Below, piece after piece: positions 20,558 through 29,420 of a stretch of 64,000 nucleotides of DNA. This stretch comes from Candidatus Fermentithermobacillaceae bacterium (lineage in GTDB: Bacteria > Bacillota > Sulfobacillia > Fermentithermobacillales > DUSS01): positions 6,136 to 70,135 of the forward strand of contig DUSS01000016.1 in assembly GCA_012842495.1 (NCBI GenBank), in the 5' to 3' direction. Position numbers and translations under genes: made by a program. Below the pieces are notes generated by a model, which saw nothing but the letters and a program-made list of their open reading frames with translations, was not told where the DNA came from and searched no databases. The first letter of the stretch is position 1. Every line of letters starts with the position of its first letter.

Positions 20558-21808
20558 CTATTCTTCTCTCCTTATGGAAGCGCCCAGGGAGCTGAGCTTC
20601 TCTTCCATGCTCTCATAACCCCGGTCTATCAGCTCCGTACCGTGCACCTCTGTTCGGCCGCGCGCGGACAAGCCAGCTACAACCAGTGCTGCACCCGCCC
20701 GGAGATCGTTTGCTTTGACCGGGGCGCCGACGAGATAAGGCACACCTTCGACGATGGCGGTCCTTCCTTCTACCTTTATGTGGGCACCCATTTTTATGAG
20801 TTCGGAAACGTACCCCAGGCGGTTATCGTAGACCGACTCCTGAACCACGCTGGTGCCTTCGGCTGTAGCCATCACCGCTACCAGAGGTTGCTGAGCATCC
20901 GTGGGAAATCCGGGGTACGGCAGGGTTTTAACGTTCACCGCCCGGGGGCGGTCGTTGCATATGACCCTGATCCCGTCACCTTCCTCCTTCACGGTAGCAC
21001 CGGCCTCCCGCAGTTTGGCGCTTACGGGTTCGAGATGCCTCGGGATCACGTTACGCAGGAGCACGTTCCCGCGAGTAGCCACAGCAGCCATCATGTAGGT
21101 GGCGGCCTCCATGTCGTCGGGAACCACCGAGTGGGTAGCTCCCTTCATAGATTTGGTCCCGCGCACTTTGATCACGTCGGTCCCGGCACCCAGGACTTTG
21201 GCACCCATGGCGTTCAGGAAGTTCGCCAGATCGACCACGTGGGGTTCTTTGGCGGCGTTCTCGATTATGGTGGTCCCTTCCGCTCTGGAAGCTGCCAGCA
21301 TGATGTTGATGGTGGCGCCTACACTCGGAATATCCAGATAAATAGACGTTCCCTTCAGTAACCTGGCCCGGAGCTTGACTACCCCACCCTCCACCCGGAC
21401 TTCAGCGCCCAGTGCTTTGAACCCTTTGAGGTGCTGGTCGATAGGCCTCGGCCCGATGTCGCAGCCGCCCGGCAGGCCCACCTCGGCCCGGCCGAACTTA
21501 GCCAAAAGCACCCCCATGAGGTAGTAAGAGGCCCTTAACTGTTTAACGAGGTCGTATGGAGCTTTCCACGAGCTGAACCCGTTAGGCGCTATCGTAATGG
21601 AATGGCCCTGGAAATCCACATTCGCCCCTAGATCTTTGAGGATCCTCGCGAACACCTGGACGTCTCTGATAAGGGCGAGATTCTCCAGGCGCGACGTCCC
21701 GTCCGCCAGGAGGCAGGCGGGGATGAGAGCCACGGACGAGTTCTTCGACCCGCTTATCCATACTGTACCCGAGAGTTTGCGTCCGCCTTCTATAACGAAT
21801 GTACCCAT
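20558..21808 (-). CDS. murA: UDP-N-acetylglucosamine 1-carboxyvinyltransferase
   Basis: The sequence MGTFVIEGGRKLSGTVWISGSKNSS... begins at the ATG at 21808, which has AGGGGA 7 nt upstream. The 71-aa N-terminal extension in the ORF track is an artefact. Confidence 0.9.
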   Translation of the reverse strand: MGTFVIEGGRKLSGTVWISGSKNSSVALIPACLLADGTSRLENLALIRDVQVFARILKDLGANVDFQGHSITIAPNGFSSWKAPYDLVKQLRASYYLMGVLLAKFGRAEVGLPGGCDIGPRPIDQHLKGFKALGAEVRVEGGVVKLRARLLKGTSIYLDIPSVGATINIMLAASRAEGTTIIENAAKEPHVVDLANFLNAMGAKVLGAGTDVIKVRGTKSMKGATHSVVPDDMEAATYMMAAVATRGNVLLRNVIPRHLEPVSAKLREAGATVKEEGDGIRVICNDRPRAVNVKTLPYPGFPTDAQQPLVAVMATAEGTSVVQESVYDNRLGYVSELIKMGAHIKVEGRTAIVEGVPYLVGAPVKANDLRAGAALVVAGLSARGRTEVHGTELIDRGYESMEEKLSSLGASIRREE

Positions 21809-21929
21809 GCTATCGTCCCCTGGTTCCTCCGTCACCGCTCGATTGCTGTGCCTTGTTTTTCGCCAGCGTAGTGCCGGATACCTGCCGGACCTTCGGGAAA
21901 TCTTTGCCACCCTGGGGCCACCTGGGCAC

Positions 21930-23390
21930 TCACTTGTAGTAATCCAGGGGATTCTTAGCGACCCCGTTTTCCCGCACCTCGAAGTGGAGGTGAGGGCCAG
22001 TCGAGTTCCCCGACGACCCAACGTATCCGATTACCTGGCCTTTTTCGACCCTATCGCCAACGGAGACCTCGTAGCCGGATAGGTGCGCGTAGGCCGTCAC
22101 CGTTCCGTTTCCGTGATCTATCAAGACGAGTCTTCCGTAGCCTCCGTTCCACCCCCTGTAAGAAACCATCCCGTTGTCGGCGGCGAGCACTGGAGTTCCT
22201 GCCGGGGCAGCTATATCTATGCCGGAGTGAAACGAGCCCCACCTCCAACCGAAGTACGAAGTCACCCGCCCCTTCACCGGCCAGACCATTTGCCCAGAGC
22301 CCATTGGAGGAACCTGCTTTGAGCCCCTTACAACTTTCCTGGTCAGCGGATAGGACAGGATCCTTTCATCCACGGTCCGCCTGGATACTTCCTGCCCGTT
22401 TTCCCGGATCACTTCCTGGGTTACGAGTTTCTGTCCGTTCTTACCCTCGACGAGAACCCGTTCCTGCCACGGCCACAGTGAGTCATCGTAGGCTACTTCC
22501 GTGGCATACGGAATGCTGACGGTGAACACAACTTTTTCTCTGGATTGAACTGTGATGTAGGGGTCCGGTACCACCAGGTTGAGAGAGTCCCCTTCGTGGA
22601 TGATGTCTCCCTTTACCTGGGGGTTGGCTTTCCTGAGGTCATCGACGGTCATGTGGTTTGCCTGCGCTATCGTCCAGAGGCATTCGCCCCGCTGTACTAT
22701 GTGGGTAACTATTTTGTCGGTGCCTCGGACGAGGATCCGGAGGGCATCTTCCCTGGAACGGAACATCCTCGTGGACACCGTCTTCTCCGCGATTTCGATG
22801 TTTTCTTTGATCAGGACCTCTTCTACGGTGACCTGGCTTCTGCCCGGTATCGGCTGGACGTATTGCTCCCGCAAGCTGGACAGCACGAGCCGGGCGTCTT
22901 CTTCGGAAGGTAGCGCCACCACATCCTGTCCGTCCACGCAGATGACGTAACCCGTCGCCAGGAACTCAATTCTCTCGGACAGAAGCCCCGCTATGGTTTC
23001 GGGAGTGACGAGCGTTGTCCCTCGGGGCGGCCGTCTTCTCGCGAAGGACGGAGGATTCTCGGGGGCAACCTGGGCGCCGATCCTTGAAGCCTCGGATTCG
23101 GCGAGGAGAGCTACGGCCTTTCTGACTTCTTCGACCTGTGAGACGTAGCCCACCACCTCCCCGTCGAGGATCACAGCCCAGGTCGGGGGAAAGAAGTATA
23201 TGTACGAAACCAGAAGGGCGAGGCCGAGTACGAACCCGGTCCACAGGAAGTGCCGGGGCAACCTGAACCGGAATTTCGGCAATAGCTGTCCTGTACCCCG
23301 TGTCATCTCGCTGCCGGCGCTGTATGCCATTATACCTCCTCTCGCTTTGCCCGTTTTATGTAGGTCCAGCTTATGTGGGTGTGGTTTCAT
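21930..23390 (-). CDS. Membrane-anchored LysM-domain M23 (LytM-type) metallopeptidase
   Basis: It has an N-terminal TM (FLWTGFVLGLALLVSYIYFF) and a LysM domain (HIVQRGECLWTIAQANHMTVDDLRKANP). The M23 motifs HSGIDIAAP (HxxxD) and GPHLHFEV (HxH) are intact. The start may be the ATG at 23390 or the ATG at 23330. Confidence 0.75.
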   Translation of the reverse strand: MKPHPHKLDLHKTGKARGGIMAYSAGSEMTRGTGQLLPKFRFRLPRHFLWTGFVLGLALLVSYIYFFPPTWAVILDGEVVGYVSQVEEVRKAVALLAESEASRIGAQVAPENPPSFARRRPPRGTTLVTPETIAGLLSERIEFLATGYVICVDGQDVVALPSEEDARLVLSSLREQYVQPIPGRSQVTVEEVLIKENIEIAEKTVSTRMFRSREDALRILVRGTDKIVTHIVQRGECLWTIAQANHMTVDDLRKANPQVKGDIIHEGDSLNLVVPDPYITVQSREKVVFTVSIPYATEVAYDDSLWPWQERVLVEGKNGQKLVTQEVIRENGQEVSRRTVDERILSYPLTRKVVRGSKQVPPMGSGQMVWPVKGRVTSYFGWRWGSFHSGIDIAAPAGTPVLAADNGMVSYRGWNGGYGRLVLIDHGNGTVTAYAHLSGYEVSVGDRVEKGQVIGYVGSSGNSTGPHLHFEVRENGVAKNPLDYYK

Positions 23391-23846
23391 ATGTTTGCCT
23401 CCCAAACAGCTTCGCTCGAAGTCCCCGCACCGCTTAAATGGAAACGGGCCGGAACAAAATCTCAGCTCCCGAGCTCGTGTCCGGAGCTCGACTCCCGGCC
23501 GCCTACCCGCCTTCTACCGCGATAGAACTGGCGCGCCGGTCGGGATCTAGGCCCTGTTTACCGGTACGTTGGACAGCGCTGAATCTTCACGTGTACCTCT
23601 TAAAACGCCCGCGCCTTGCGTATTCTGCAATGCCGCGGCAAGCAGAAGATGCCGTCAACCGGCTCGAAGATTATGCTAACAGAAGTTATTCTAACCTATA
23701 CGGATGAGCTATGGTAGGCGAGTTGACAGCTGGGTCAGTCGCAAGATGCTGCTCGGCTGCGTTGTTTGAGTTGGACTGCTCCTGATACATCTTATACGTA
23801 TGGACCGGCATACGATAGATGGGCGGACCGAGAGGTTGACTGAGTC

Positions 23847-23875
23847 TTGCTTCCGAATTTGGGAATGGCTATAAT
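23847..23875 (+). promoter_or_regulatory. Sigma-A-type promoter: -35 TTGCTT, 17-nt spacer, -10 TATAAT
   Basis: The + strand reads tcTTGCTTccgaatttgggaatggcTATAATgttac. It sits about 160 nt upstream of the LysM-M23 (+) gene. Confidence 0.45.
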
Positions 23876-24038
23876 GTTACAGACTGGTAAAAATCCTACC
23901 GTCTAGGAGTGATGGCCCATAAGACGCTACCCGGGGCCGGCTTCGCGCCGGCAAATCTCCGGCAAAGTCACGGTAGCGAACTCCGCCAGAAAAAAGATTC
24001 CGACCAAGTCAAAGCGCCACCTCGTCGCAGCCTGGATC

Positions 24039-25163
24039 GTGCCGCTCATGTTAGGCTTCCTCGCCGGACTTTCCTTGCCGGAAGGGTGCTTTCGCATTCC
24101 AGTGGGCGGGGCATACCAACCGGATCCGGCCCAGAGCGCCCGGCTCATTGATGCGCCAGCTGTGGGAGGGCCGGTTGACGTCCCGCTGGCCTGGCTTGAG
24201 CCGGGCGATGCCCTGGAACAAGCTAACGGCGTCAGCGGGAACACTATGCGGGCTTCGGGTCACACTAGCTCGCCACGAAACAGCGACGCGCAGCTGTCGC
24301 CGGATACGGGTGAAACTCACAGAGGGGAAACCAGGGCCAGCCGGGACCTGATTCTTTTCTCGCTCCCGCGGGATGAGATAAGCGGAAATTCGGGCGAAAG
24401 CTCCTCCAATCAGAGCAGGGACAATGGTGGACCGTCTCTGGTAACGTACGTGGTCAAAGAAGGCGATACGCTGGCTTCAATAGCGCTGGCCTACAATACC
24501 ACCGTAGCTTCCATCGCGGCAATAAACGGCATCGACTCGCCGGACAGGATTACCCCTGGTCAGCACTTGATGATCGTCAAGAACGCATCGGCGCTGGTCA
24601 GGAGAGTTGCAAAGGGCGATACTCTATGGGGCATAGCCCGCGCCTACGGCGTTACGGTGGATTCCATCCGCGAGGCAAATTCTCTGACCGGCGATGTCAT
24701 CATTCCTGGGCAGCTCCTGATAATCCCGGTAGCTCAAATACCCAGGGAAACGTGGGCGGTGGCCTCGGCTTTCAAGGGTTCTCCCCTGGAATGGCCTGTC
24801 CTCGGGCGAATTACGTCGGGTTTCGGCTGGCGGATTCATCCCATAAGCGGAGTACGCCATTTCCATGAAGGACTCGACATCGCCGCGCCCATCGGGACTC
24901 CCGTCCGGGCGGTGGCCCCCGGGAAGGTCGCCTTCGTCGGTTACGTTTCCGGTTATGGCCGTATGGTCACCATCGACCACGGAAACGGACTTGTTACGAG
25001 ATACGCTCACCTTTCCAGGGCAAACGTCTCCCATGGACAGACGGTGGTGACCGGCGAGGTCATAGGTTACGTAGGTGACTCGGGATACGCTACAGGCCCC
25101 CATGTCCACTTCGAAGTTCGTCTCGATGGCGAGGCGAAAGATCCCCGGAAATTCCTGCGGTGA
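24039..25163 (+). CDS. LysM-domain (x2) M23 metallopeptidase
   Basis: It has two LysM domains (YVVKEGDTLASIALAYNTT..., RRVAKGDTLWGIARAYGVTV...) and intact M23 motifs (HFHEGLDIAAP, GPHVHFEV). The N-terminus and signal sequence are uncertain. Confidence 0.75.
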   Translation: MPLMLGFLAGLSLPEGCFRIPVGGAYQPDPAQSARLIDAPAVGGPVDVPLAWLEPGDALEQANGVSGNTMRASGHTSSPRNSDAQLSPDTGETHRGETRASRDLILFSLPRDEISGNSGESSSNQSRDNGGPSLVTYVVKEGDTLASIALAYNTTVASIAAINGIDSPDRITPGQHLMIVKNASALVRRVAKGDTLWGIARAYGVTVDSIREANSLTGDVIIPGQLLIIPVAQIPRETWAVASAFKGSPLEWPVLGRITSGFGWRIHPISGVRHFHEGLDIAAPIGTPVRAVAPGKVAFVGYVSGYGRMVTIDHGNGLVTRYAHLSRANVSHGQTVVTGEVIGYVGDSGYATGPHVHFEVRLDGEAKDPRKFLR

Positions 25164-25333
25164 CGAGGGTTTCGCGTTTGAACCTGTCGGTACTGCGGAG
25201 AAAGAAGTTGCTCGCGAAACGAGCACGGTGCTTGCCTCCAACGATAGTAACCGTGCGCCGGTTTTTACTCTGATGGTCCGGCCGGAATGGGAGGAACAGG
25301 CACGGGCAGGGGTGGGCGGTGTCCGTTCGGTAC

Positions 25334-25594
25334 CTACAAGAGGTACTTCACGGCAAAGAGAAGAGCTATGCCGGGTAAGCCCAGAACCGCTATGGTAAGA
25401 GCGGAGACGATGTTGAGCCCCAGGTGGATACCGAAAAGCCCGGCGACCACGTTGAAAGCCCATATACCGGAGAAAGCTACGAGAGTTCTCAGCGCTATTT
25501 TCCCGAGGCCGGCGAGGGGACCCTTGAGCGCTCTCATTAGGTACGCGAGAACTACTCCAGCTACGGCGATACCCAGAAGGGCATTGAGGTCCAT
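25334..25594 (-). CDS. bofA: Pro-sigma-K processing inhibitor BofA
   Basis: It is an 86-aa two-TM protein. FGIHLGLNIVSALTIAVLGLPGIALL matches the B. subtilis BofA C-terminal block. It occupies the conserved position after recR-yaaL. Confidence 0.8.
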   Translation of the reverse strand: MDLNALLGIAVAGVVLAYLMRALKGPLAGLGKIALRTLVAFSGIWAFNVVAGLFGIHLGLNIVSALTIAVLGLPGIALLFAVKYLL

Positions 25595-25659
25595 CGCCTT
25601 CTCCCTCCGACTGAACGATATGCGTTATCGGGGGGTTTCATGACGCCTCTCCAAACGGC

Positions 25660-25884
25660 CTAGCTTGTGAAGAGGTTTTCTTGGCGTGCCTTCTTCAAGA
25701 AGTACGAGTATTTCTTTTTGGCAGCTTCCATAAGGTAGATAGCGTGATCGATGATCTCTGGATCGGTCGACTCGTGAAAATACGAGAGAGCGACGTCCAT
25801 CTCGTGCTCCGCCTGCCTGAGCGCCTTGAGCAGGGCCTTTCTCTCGATTTCCTTTTCGTTTTTAGGCTGACTCAAGCCGAACAC
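25660..25884 (-). CDS. yaaL: YaaL-like small protein (DUF2508)
   Basis: It is a 74-aa protein between recR and bofA, the conserved Bacillus yaaL position. It has the TDPEIIDHAIYLMEAAKKKYSYFLKKAR helical pattern. Confidence 0.6.
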   Translation of the reverse strand: MFGLSQPKNEKEIERKALLKALRQAEHEMDVALSYFHESTDPEIIDHAIYLMEAAKKKYSYFLKKARQENLFTS

Positions 25885-26059
25885 CAGGATCCATCCTCCT
25901 CCACCCGGCTATAGATACCGGCTCATAGATATTCGTGCGGTTGGCCGATGTTCCACTGCTCTTCTTAAAAGAGTATTGCCAGGTGGTGGAAGCCCGATAC
26001 GTCCGGCGGATCGACCGGGCATATAAGGCAACAGCGGTGTGTCCTACACTTCCCTTGCT

Positions 26060-26662
26060 CTATACTTCACGTCTGCCTTCCAGAGCTTTGATGAGCGTGA
26101 TGTCGTCCTGGTAGTCGATCTCAGCTCCCTGGGGAAGCCCCCTCGCCAGCCTAGTGACGGTGACTCCCAGGGGCTTCAACTCTTTGGAGAGGTAAAGCGC
26201 CGTGGCTTCCCCCTCGGCATCGGGGTTTGTGGCAAGGATAACCTCTTTTATCTTGCCCTTCGAATCCCTTACCCGGCGCAACAGGTCCTCTGCCCCGACA
26301 TCCTCGGGCCCTACCCCATCCATGGGAGCGATGGCACCGCGCAGCACGTGATATAGGCCTTTGAACCCGCCCGACCGTTCGATGGCGGCTACATCCTGGG
26401 GCGAAGCAACGACGCAGAGGACGGAACAGTCTCTACGGGGGTCTTTGCAGAGCGGGCACGGGTCCGCCTCGGTGAGGTTGCCGCAAACGGAGCATCGTTT
26501 TATCCTGTCTCTCGCCGCCACCAACGAGGAGACGAGCCCGTCAATGGCCGGCTTACCTGATAATATAAGGTGCAGCGCGAGGCGCTGGGCCGACTTGGGA
26601 CCGACTCCAGGGAGTTTCCTAAACTCCTCTATGAGTCTAATGAGGGGCTCTGGGAAAGACAA
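26060..26662 (-). CDS. recR: Recombination protein RecR
   Basis: The N-terminus reads MSFPEPLIRLIEEFRKLPGVGPKSAQRLALHL. It has the CxxC zinc finger (CSVCGNLTEADPCPLC) and a Toprim domain. Confidence 0.95.
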   Translation of the reverse strand: MSFPEPLIRLIEEFRKLPGVGPKSAQRLALHLILSGKPAIDGLVSSLVAARDRIKRCSVCGNLTEADPCPLCKDPRRDCSVLCVVASPQDVAAIERSGGFKGLYHVLRGAIAPMDGVGPEDVGAEDLLRRVRDSKGKIKEVILATNPDAEGEATALYLSKELKPLGVTVTRLARGLPQGAEIDYQDDITLIKALEGRREV

Positions 26663-26676
26663 ATCGGTTCACCTAC

Positions 26677-27003
26677 TTAAACCAGAGGCAGGTTCACCCC
26701 GCCCGTAACCTTGGCCATTTCCTCCTGGGCCGTTTTCCTGGCTTTGTCGAGAGCCGCATTCACGGCAGCTACGATGAGGTCTGAGAGCATATCCAGGTCC
26801 TCGAGGTCGACCGCCCCGGGGTCTATTTGGATGGATTTGACTTTGAAACCGCACGTTACAACCGCCCTTACAGCGCCACCTCCAGCCGTTTCCTCCACTG
26901 TTCTCTCGGCAAGCTCGCCCTCGATCCGCTCCATCTCAGCTTGAAGCTTTTGAGCTTCTTTCAGGAGCCGGGACATATCGAATCCGCCCTGGAATTTGGG
27001 CAT
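26677..27003 (-). CDS. ybaB: Nucleoid-associated protein YbaB/EbfC
   Basis: The N-terminus MPKFQGGFDMSRLLKEAQKLQAEMERI is typical of the YbaB family. It lies between dnaX and recR. Confidence 0.9.
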   Translation of the reverse strand: MPKFQGGFDMSRLLKEAQKLQAEMERIEGELAERTVEETAGGGAVRAVVTCGFKVKSIQIDPGAVDLEDLDMLSDLIVAAVNAALDKARKTAQEEMAKVTGGVNLPLV

Positions 27004-27026
27004 ACTTCCTTCCCCCTTCGTTATGG

Positions 27027-28793
27027 TCAGCCGGTTCTCTTACCGGTATCTCTCCGGGCCGGTCGGGAATCCACGTGGGTGCCGGGAGGCCCGGACTTTT
27101 TCCGCGCAGCTGTCTCCAGCAATTCCGAAGCCCTGAGCACAAGGGGATTATCCTCTTCATTCGGTTTCGCAACGCTTTCGTCGCTACCGCCGCTACCGCT
27201 CGCTTCCGGTTCGTCGGGAACCGCTACGATACGGAGCTCCAGCCCGGCGAGTTTCGAAAGTTCGGTTTCGATGGATTTCCGGGTCCCCGGAACCATAACC
27301 TGTTCAAGGTGGGTTGTATACGTGGCGGGGAATTTCAATACCACGACGTTGCCATCCCGCAGGCCCACGGGTTTTCCGGGCAATAGGTAAGCTCGGGCTT
27401 TCACGAGTCTCCGCTTTTGCAGCACGTTCAAAAGGTCATCCCATACGCTCTTCACGCGATTGAGGATCTCCTCCGGTCCAGCGAGCGACACATTCACCGG
27501 TTGCACCGTCACCGGCCCCTTATCGGTCCGGTCCTCCTGGGATGGCTCCGGAGATTCGCCCCGAACTTCGACGCCGGAGAAACCAACGAGCGCCGTGCTT
27601 CCGGGATCTTCCACGCGTTGCTCCTGTGACGTGTAGGGCTTATCGCTTTTATCCAGGGGAGCTCCTTTAAACCCGGGGTCGCCCCGGAACATTTCAACTT
27701 CGGTCTGTTGGGAAGGGCGGGCTAGTCCGAGCAGAGTAAGTTCCAGGACGAGCTTGGGGTCCGAGGCGCCCCTCATCTCGCTCACCGCCCTGGCCGCCGC
27801 ATCCATAAGAGCGAACAGAAAGTTCCTGGAGATGGTGGATGCCAGCTCGCGCATTCTCCGGGACTCGTCGGAAGGCCTCGTCAGTTCGGAGAGATCCCCG
27901 CCGGATTTCAGAAGGATCAGGTCCTTGGCGAAGTTTCCCACTTCCTGGGCAAGCTGAAAGAAGTCCTTGCCGGCATCGGACATCTCGCGCAAAGCCCGGA
28001 GCGTTTCCCGAGCGTCTCCTGCAGCGAGAGACCTTACGAGCTTCTCCATGAACTCCAGGGGGGACGTGCCCAGCACATCTTCCACGTCATGCCGTGTCAC
28101 TTTCCCCCGGCCGTACGCGCTGCACAGGTCCAGGAGGGAAATGGCGTCTCTCAGAGAACCTTCGGCCGCCCTGGCCAGAGCATCTCGGGCTTCGGGTTCG
28201 ATGTCGATCCCTTCGGAGGAGGCTATCTCCCCGAGACGCTCGCATATTTCGCCGACCGAGAGCTTGTGGAAGTCCATCCGCTGGCATCTGGACGTTATCG
28301 TCACCGGGATCCGGTGGGGAGCGGTAGTGGCCAGAATGAAGATGACGTGGGCTGGAGGTTCCTCCAACGTTTTTAAAAGGGCATTGAACGCCTCCTGCGT
28401 GAGCATGTGGACTTCGTCTACGATGTACACTTTGTAGGCGCCCGTGACAGGAAGGTACCGGGTAGACTCGGTTATACCTCTGATCTCATCGATTCCCCTG
28501 TTGGAAGCGGCGTCGATTTCCACCACGTCTACGGAGGTGCCGTTTTGAATGGCACTGCATGAATCGCAGGAGTTGCAAGGTTCGGCCCCCTGCCTGTTCT
28601 TGCAGTTGACGGCCTTCGCGAGGAGCCTTGCGACGGTGGTCTTGCCGGTCCCTCGAGGACCCGAGAAGAGGTAAGCGTGAGACACCTTGTTTTCAAGCAA
28701 GGCGTTTTCCAGGATCCTAACCACCGACTTTTGACCAACCACCTGACGCCAGGAGTTTGGCCGCCAAGCTCTGTACAAGACCTGGTAGGGCAC
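27027..28793 (-). CDS. dnaX: DNA polymerase III subunit gamma/tau
   Basis: The sequence (M)PYQVLYRAWRPNSWRQVVGQKSVVRILENAL...GPRGTGKTT begins at a GTG at about 28793, which has GGGGGG 8 nt upstream. The 67-aa N-terminal extension in the ORF track overlaps the SRP RNA and is rejected. Confidence 0.9.
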   Translation of the reverse strand: MPYQVLYRAWRPNSWRQVVGQKSVVRILENALLENKVSHAYLFSGPRGTGKTTVARLLAKAVNCKNRQGAEPCNSCDSCSAIQNGTSVDVVEIDAASNRGIDEIRGITESTRYLPVTGAYKVYIVDEVHMLTQEAFNALLKTLEEPPAHVIFILATTAPHRIPVTITSRCQRMDFHKLSVGEICERLGEIASSEGIDIEPEARDALARAAEGSLRDAISLLDLCSAYGRGKVTRHDVEDVLGTSPLEFMEKLVRSLAAGDARETLRALREMSDAGKDFFQLAQEVGNFAKDLILLKSGGDLSELTRPSDESRRMRELASTISRNFLFALMDAAARAVSEMRGASDPKLVLELTLLGLARPSQQTEVEMFRGDPGFKGAPLDKSDKPYTSQEQRVEDPGSTALVGFSGVEVRGESPEPSQEDRTDKGPVTVQPVNVSLAGPEEILNRVKSVWDDLLNVLQKRRLVKARAYLLPGKPVGLRDGNVVVLKFPATYTTHLEQVMVPGTRKSIETELSKLAGLELRIVAVPDEPEASGSGGSDESVAKPNEEDNPLVLRASELLETAARKKSGPPGTHVDSRPARRDTGKRTG

Positions 28794-28824
28794 GAGCCAA
28801 ACCCCCCAATCGGAAAAATCCAAT

Positions 28825-29093
28825 GGCCGTGCACCCGCCCTCGACCGCTCCTTCCAGGCGATACCGCTGTAGCTTGCTCCAGCCAGGCGCCCCGGCGGCA
28901 CACGCACCGGTCCGCTTACCGTTGCTTCCTCCCGGACCTGGCGGGGTTCACGGGGGCACGTTGCGCCGGACCCGACCTTCGTCGCCGCCCGCAACGGCCG
29001 GACCCCACAAGGAGACGGCCTCAGGAAGGCTTCGACCCCGCTATAGCGGGTTGCGGGTTACAGGGCACCGCTACCTCCCCGTCTAGCACGGCC
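28825..29093 (-). ncRNA. ffs: Signal recognition particle RNA (Bacillus-type long scRNA/ffs, with Alu domain)
   Basis: The minus strand begins GGCCGUGCUAGACGGGGAGGUAGCGGUGCCCUGUAACCCGCAACCCGCUAUAGCGGG... (5' Alu domain). It has the domain IV motif CCAGGUCCGGGAGGAAGCAAC...GCGUGUGCCGCCGGGG and ends ...GGUGCACGGCC. The closing GGCC pairs with the 5' GGCC, as in B. subtilis scRNA. It lies between tRNA-Ser and dnaX, the conserved position. Confidence 0.75.
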
Positions 29094-29159
29094 AAAGTCG
29101 AATCACCGCACTCCGTCCGAATTTCGGCTGCCGGAAATCCGACGGGTCGGGAAAAGTCG

Positions 29160-29253
29160 TGGCGGAGGGAGTGGGATTTGAACCCACGAGACAGGTCTTT
29201 GCCCGTCTACACGCTCTCCAGGCGTGCTCCTTCAGCCACTCGGACATCCCTCC
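29160..29253 (-). tRNA. tRNA-Ser (anticodon GGA), CCA encoded
   Basis: It has acceptor GGAGGGA/TCCCTCC, anticodon loop CTGGAGA, a long variable arm, T-arm GTGGGTTCAAATCCCAC, and a 3' CCA. Confidence 0.85.
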
Positions 29254-29272
29254 GCTTAGGCTTGCTGTCGGG

Positions 29273-29362
29273 TGGCGGAGGGGGTGGGATTCGAACCCAC
29301 GAGGCGCGTAAACGCCTACCCGCTTTCGAGGCGGGCTCGTTCAACCGCTCCGACACCCCTCC
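29273..29362 (-). tRNA. tRNA-Ser (anticodon CGA), CCA encoded
   Basis: It has acceptor GGAGGGG/CCCCTCC, anticodon loop CTCGAAA, a long variable arm and T-arm GTGGGTTCGAATCCCAC. Confidence 0.85.
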
Positions 29363-29420
29363 GTCGATTTCATTATCTCAGAATAGGGCAAGAATCAGAT
29401 AAGGGCAAGAAAAATGTTAG

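Noticed and set aside
21809-22021. 71-aa N-terminal extension of murA
   Set aside because: MurA starts at MGTFVIEGG (ATG at 21808, AGGGGA Shine-Dalgarno sequence). The extension is Arg/Ser-rich with no MurA counterpart.
23909-24151. 80-aa ORF immediately after an AGGAG in the leader of the LysM-M23 (+) gene, considered as a leader peptide or true N-terminus
   Set aside because: The Shine-Dalgarno-to-start spacing is only 0-2 nt. The product (MMAHKTLPGAGFAPANLRQSH...) has no signal peptide or homology, and it ends out of frame with the peptidase. It is kept only as part of the long-leader observation.
28794-28994. N-terminal 67-aa extension of dnaX
   Set aside because: It overlaps a clearly recognisable SRP RNA. 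DnaX family proteins start at M-x-YQ-x-LYR, which here corresponds to the GTG at about 28793 with a GGGGGG Shine-Dalgarno sequence.
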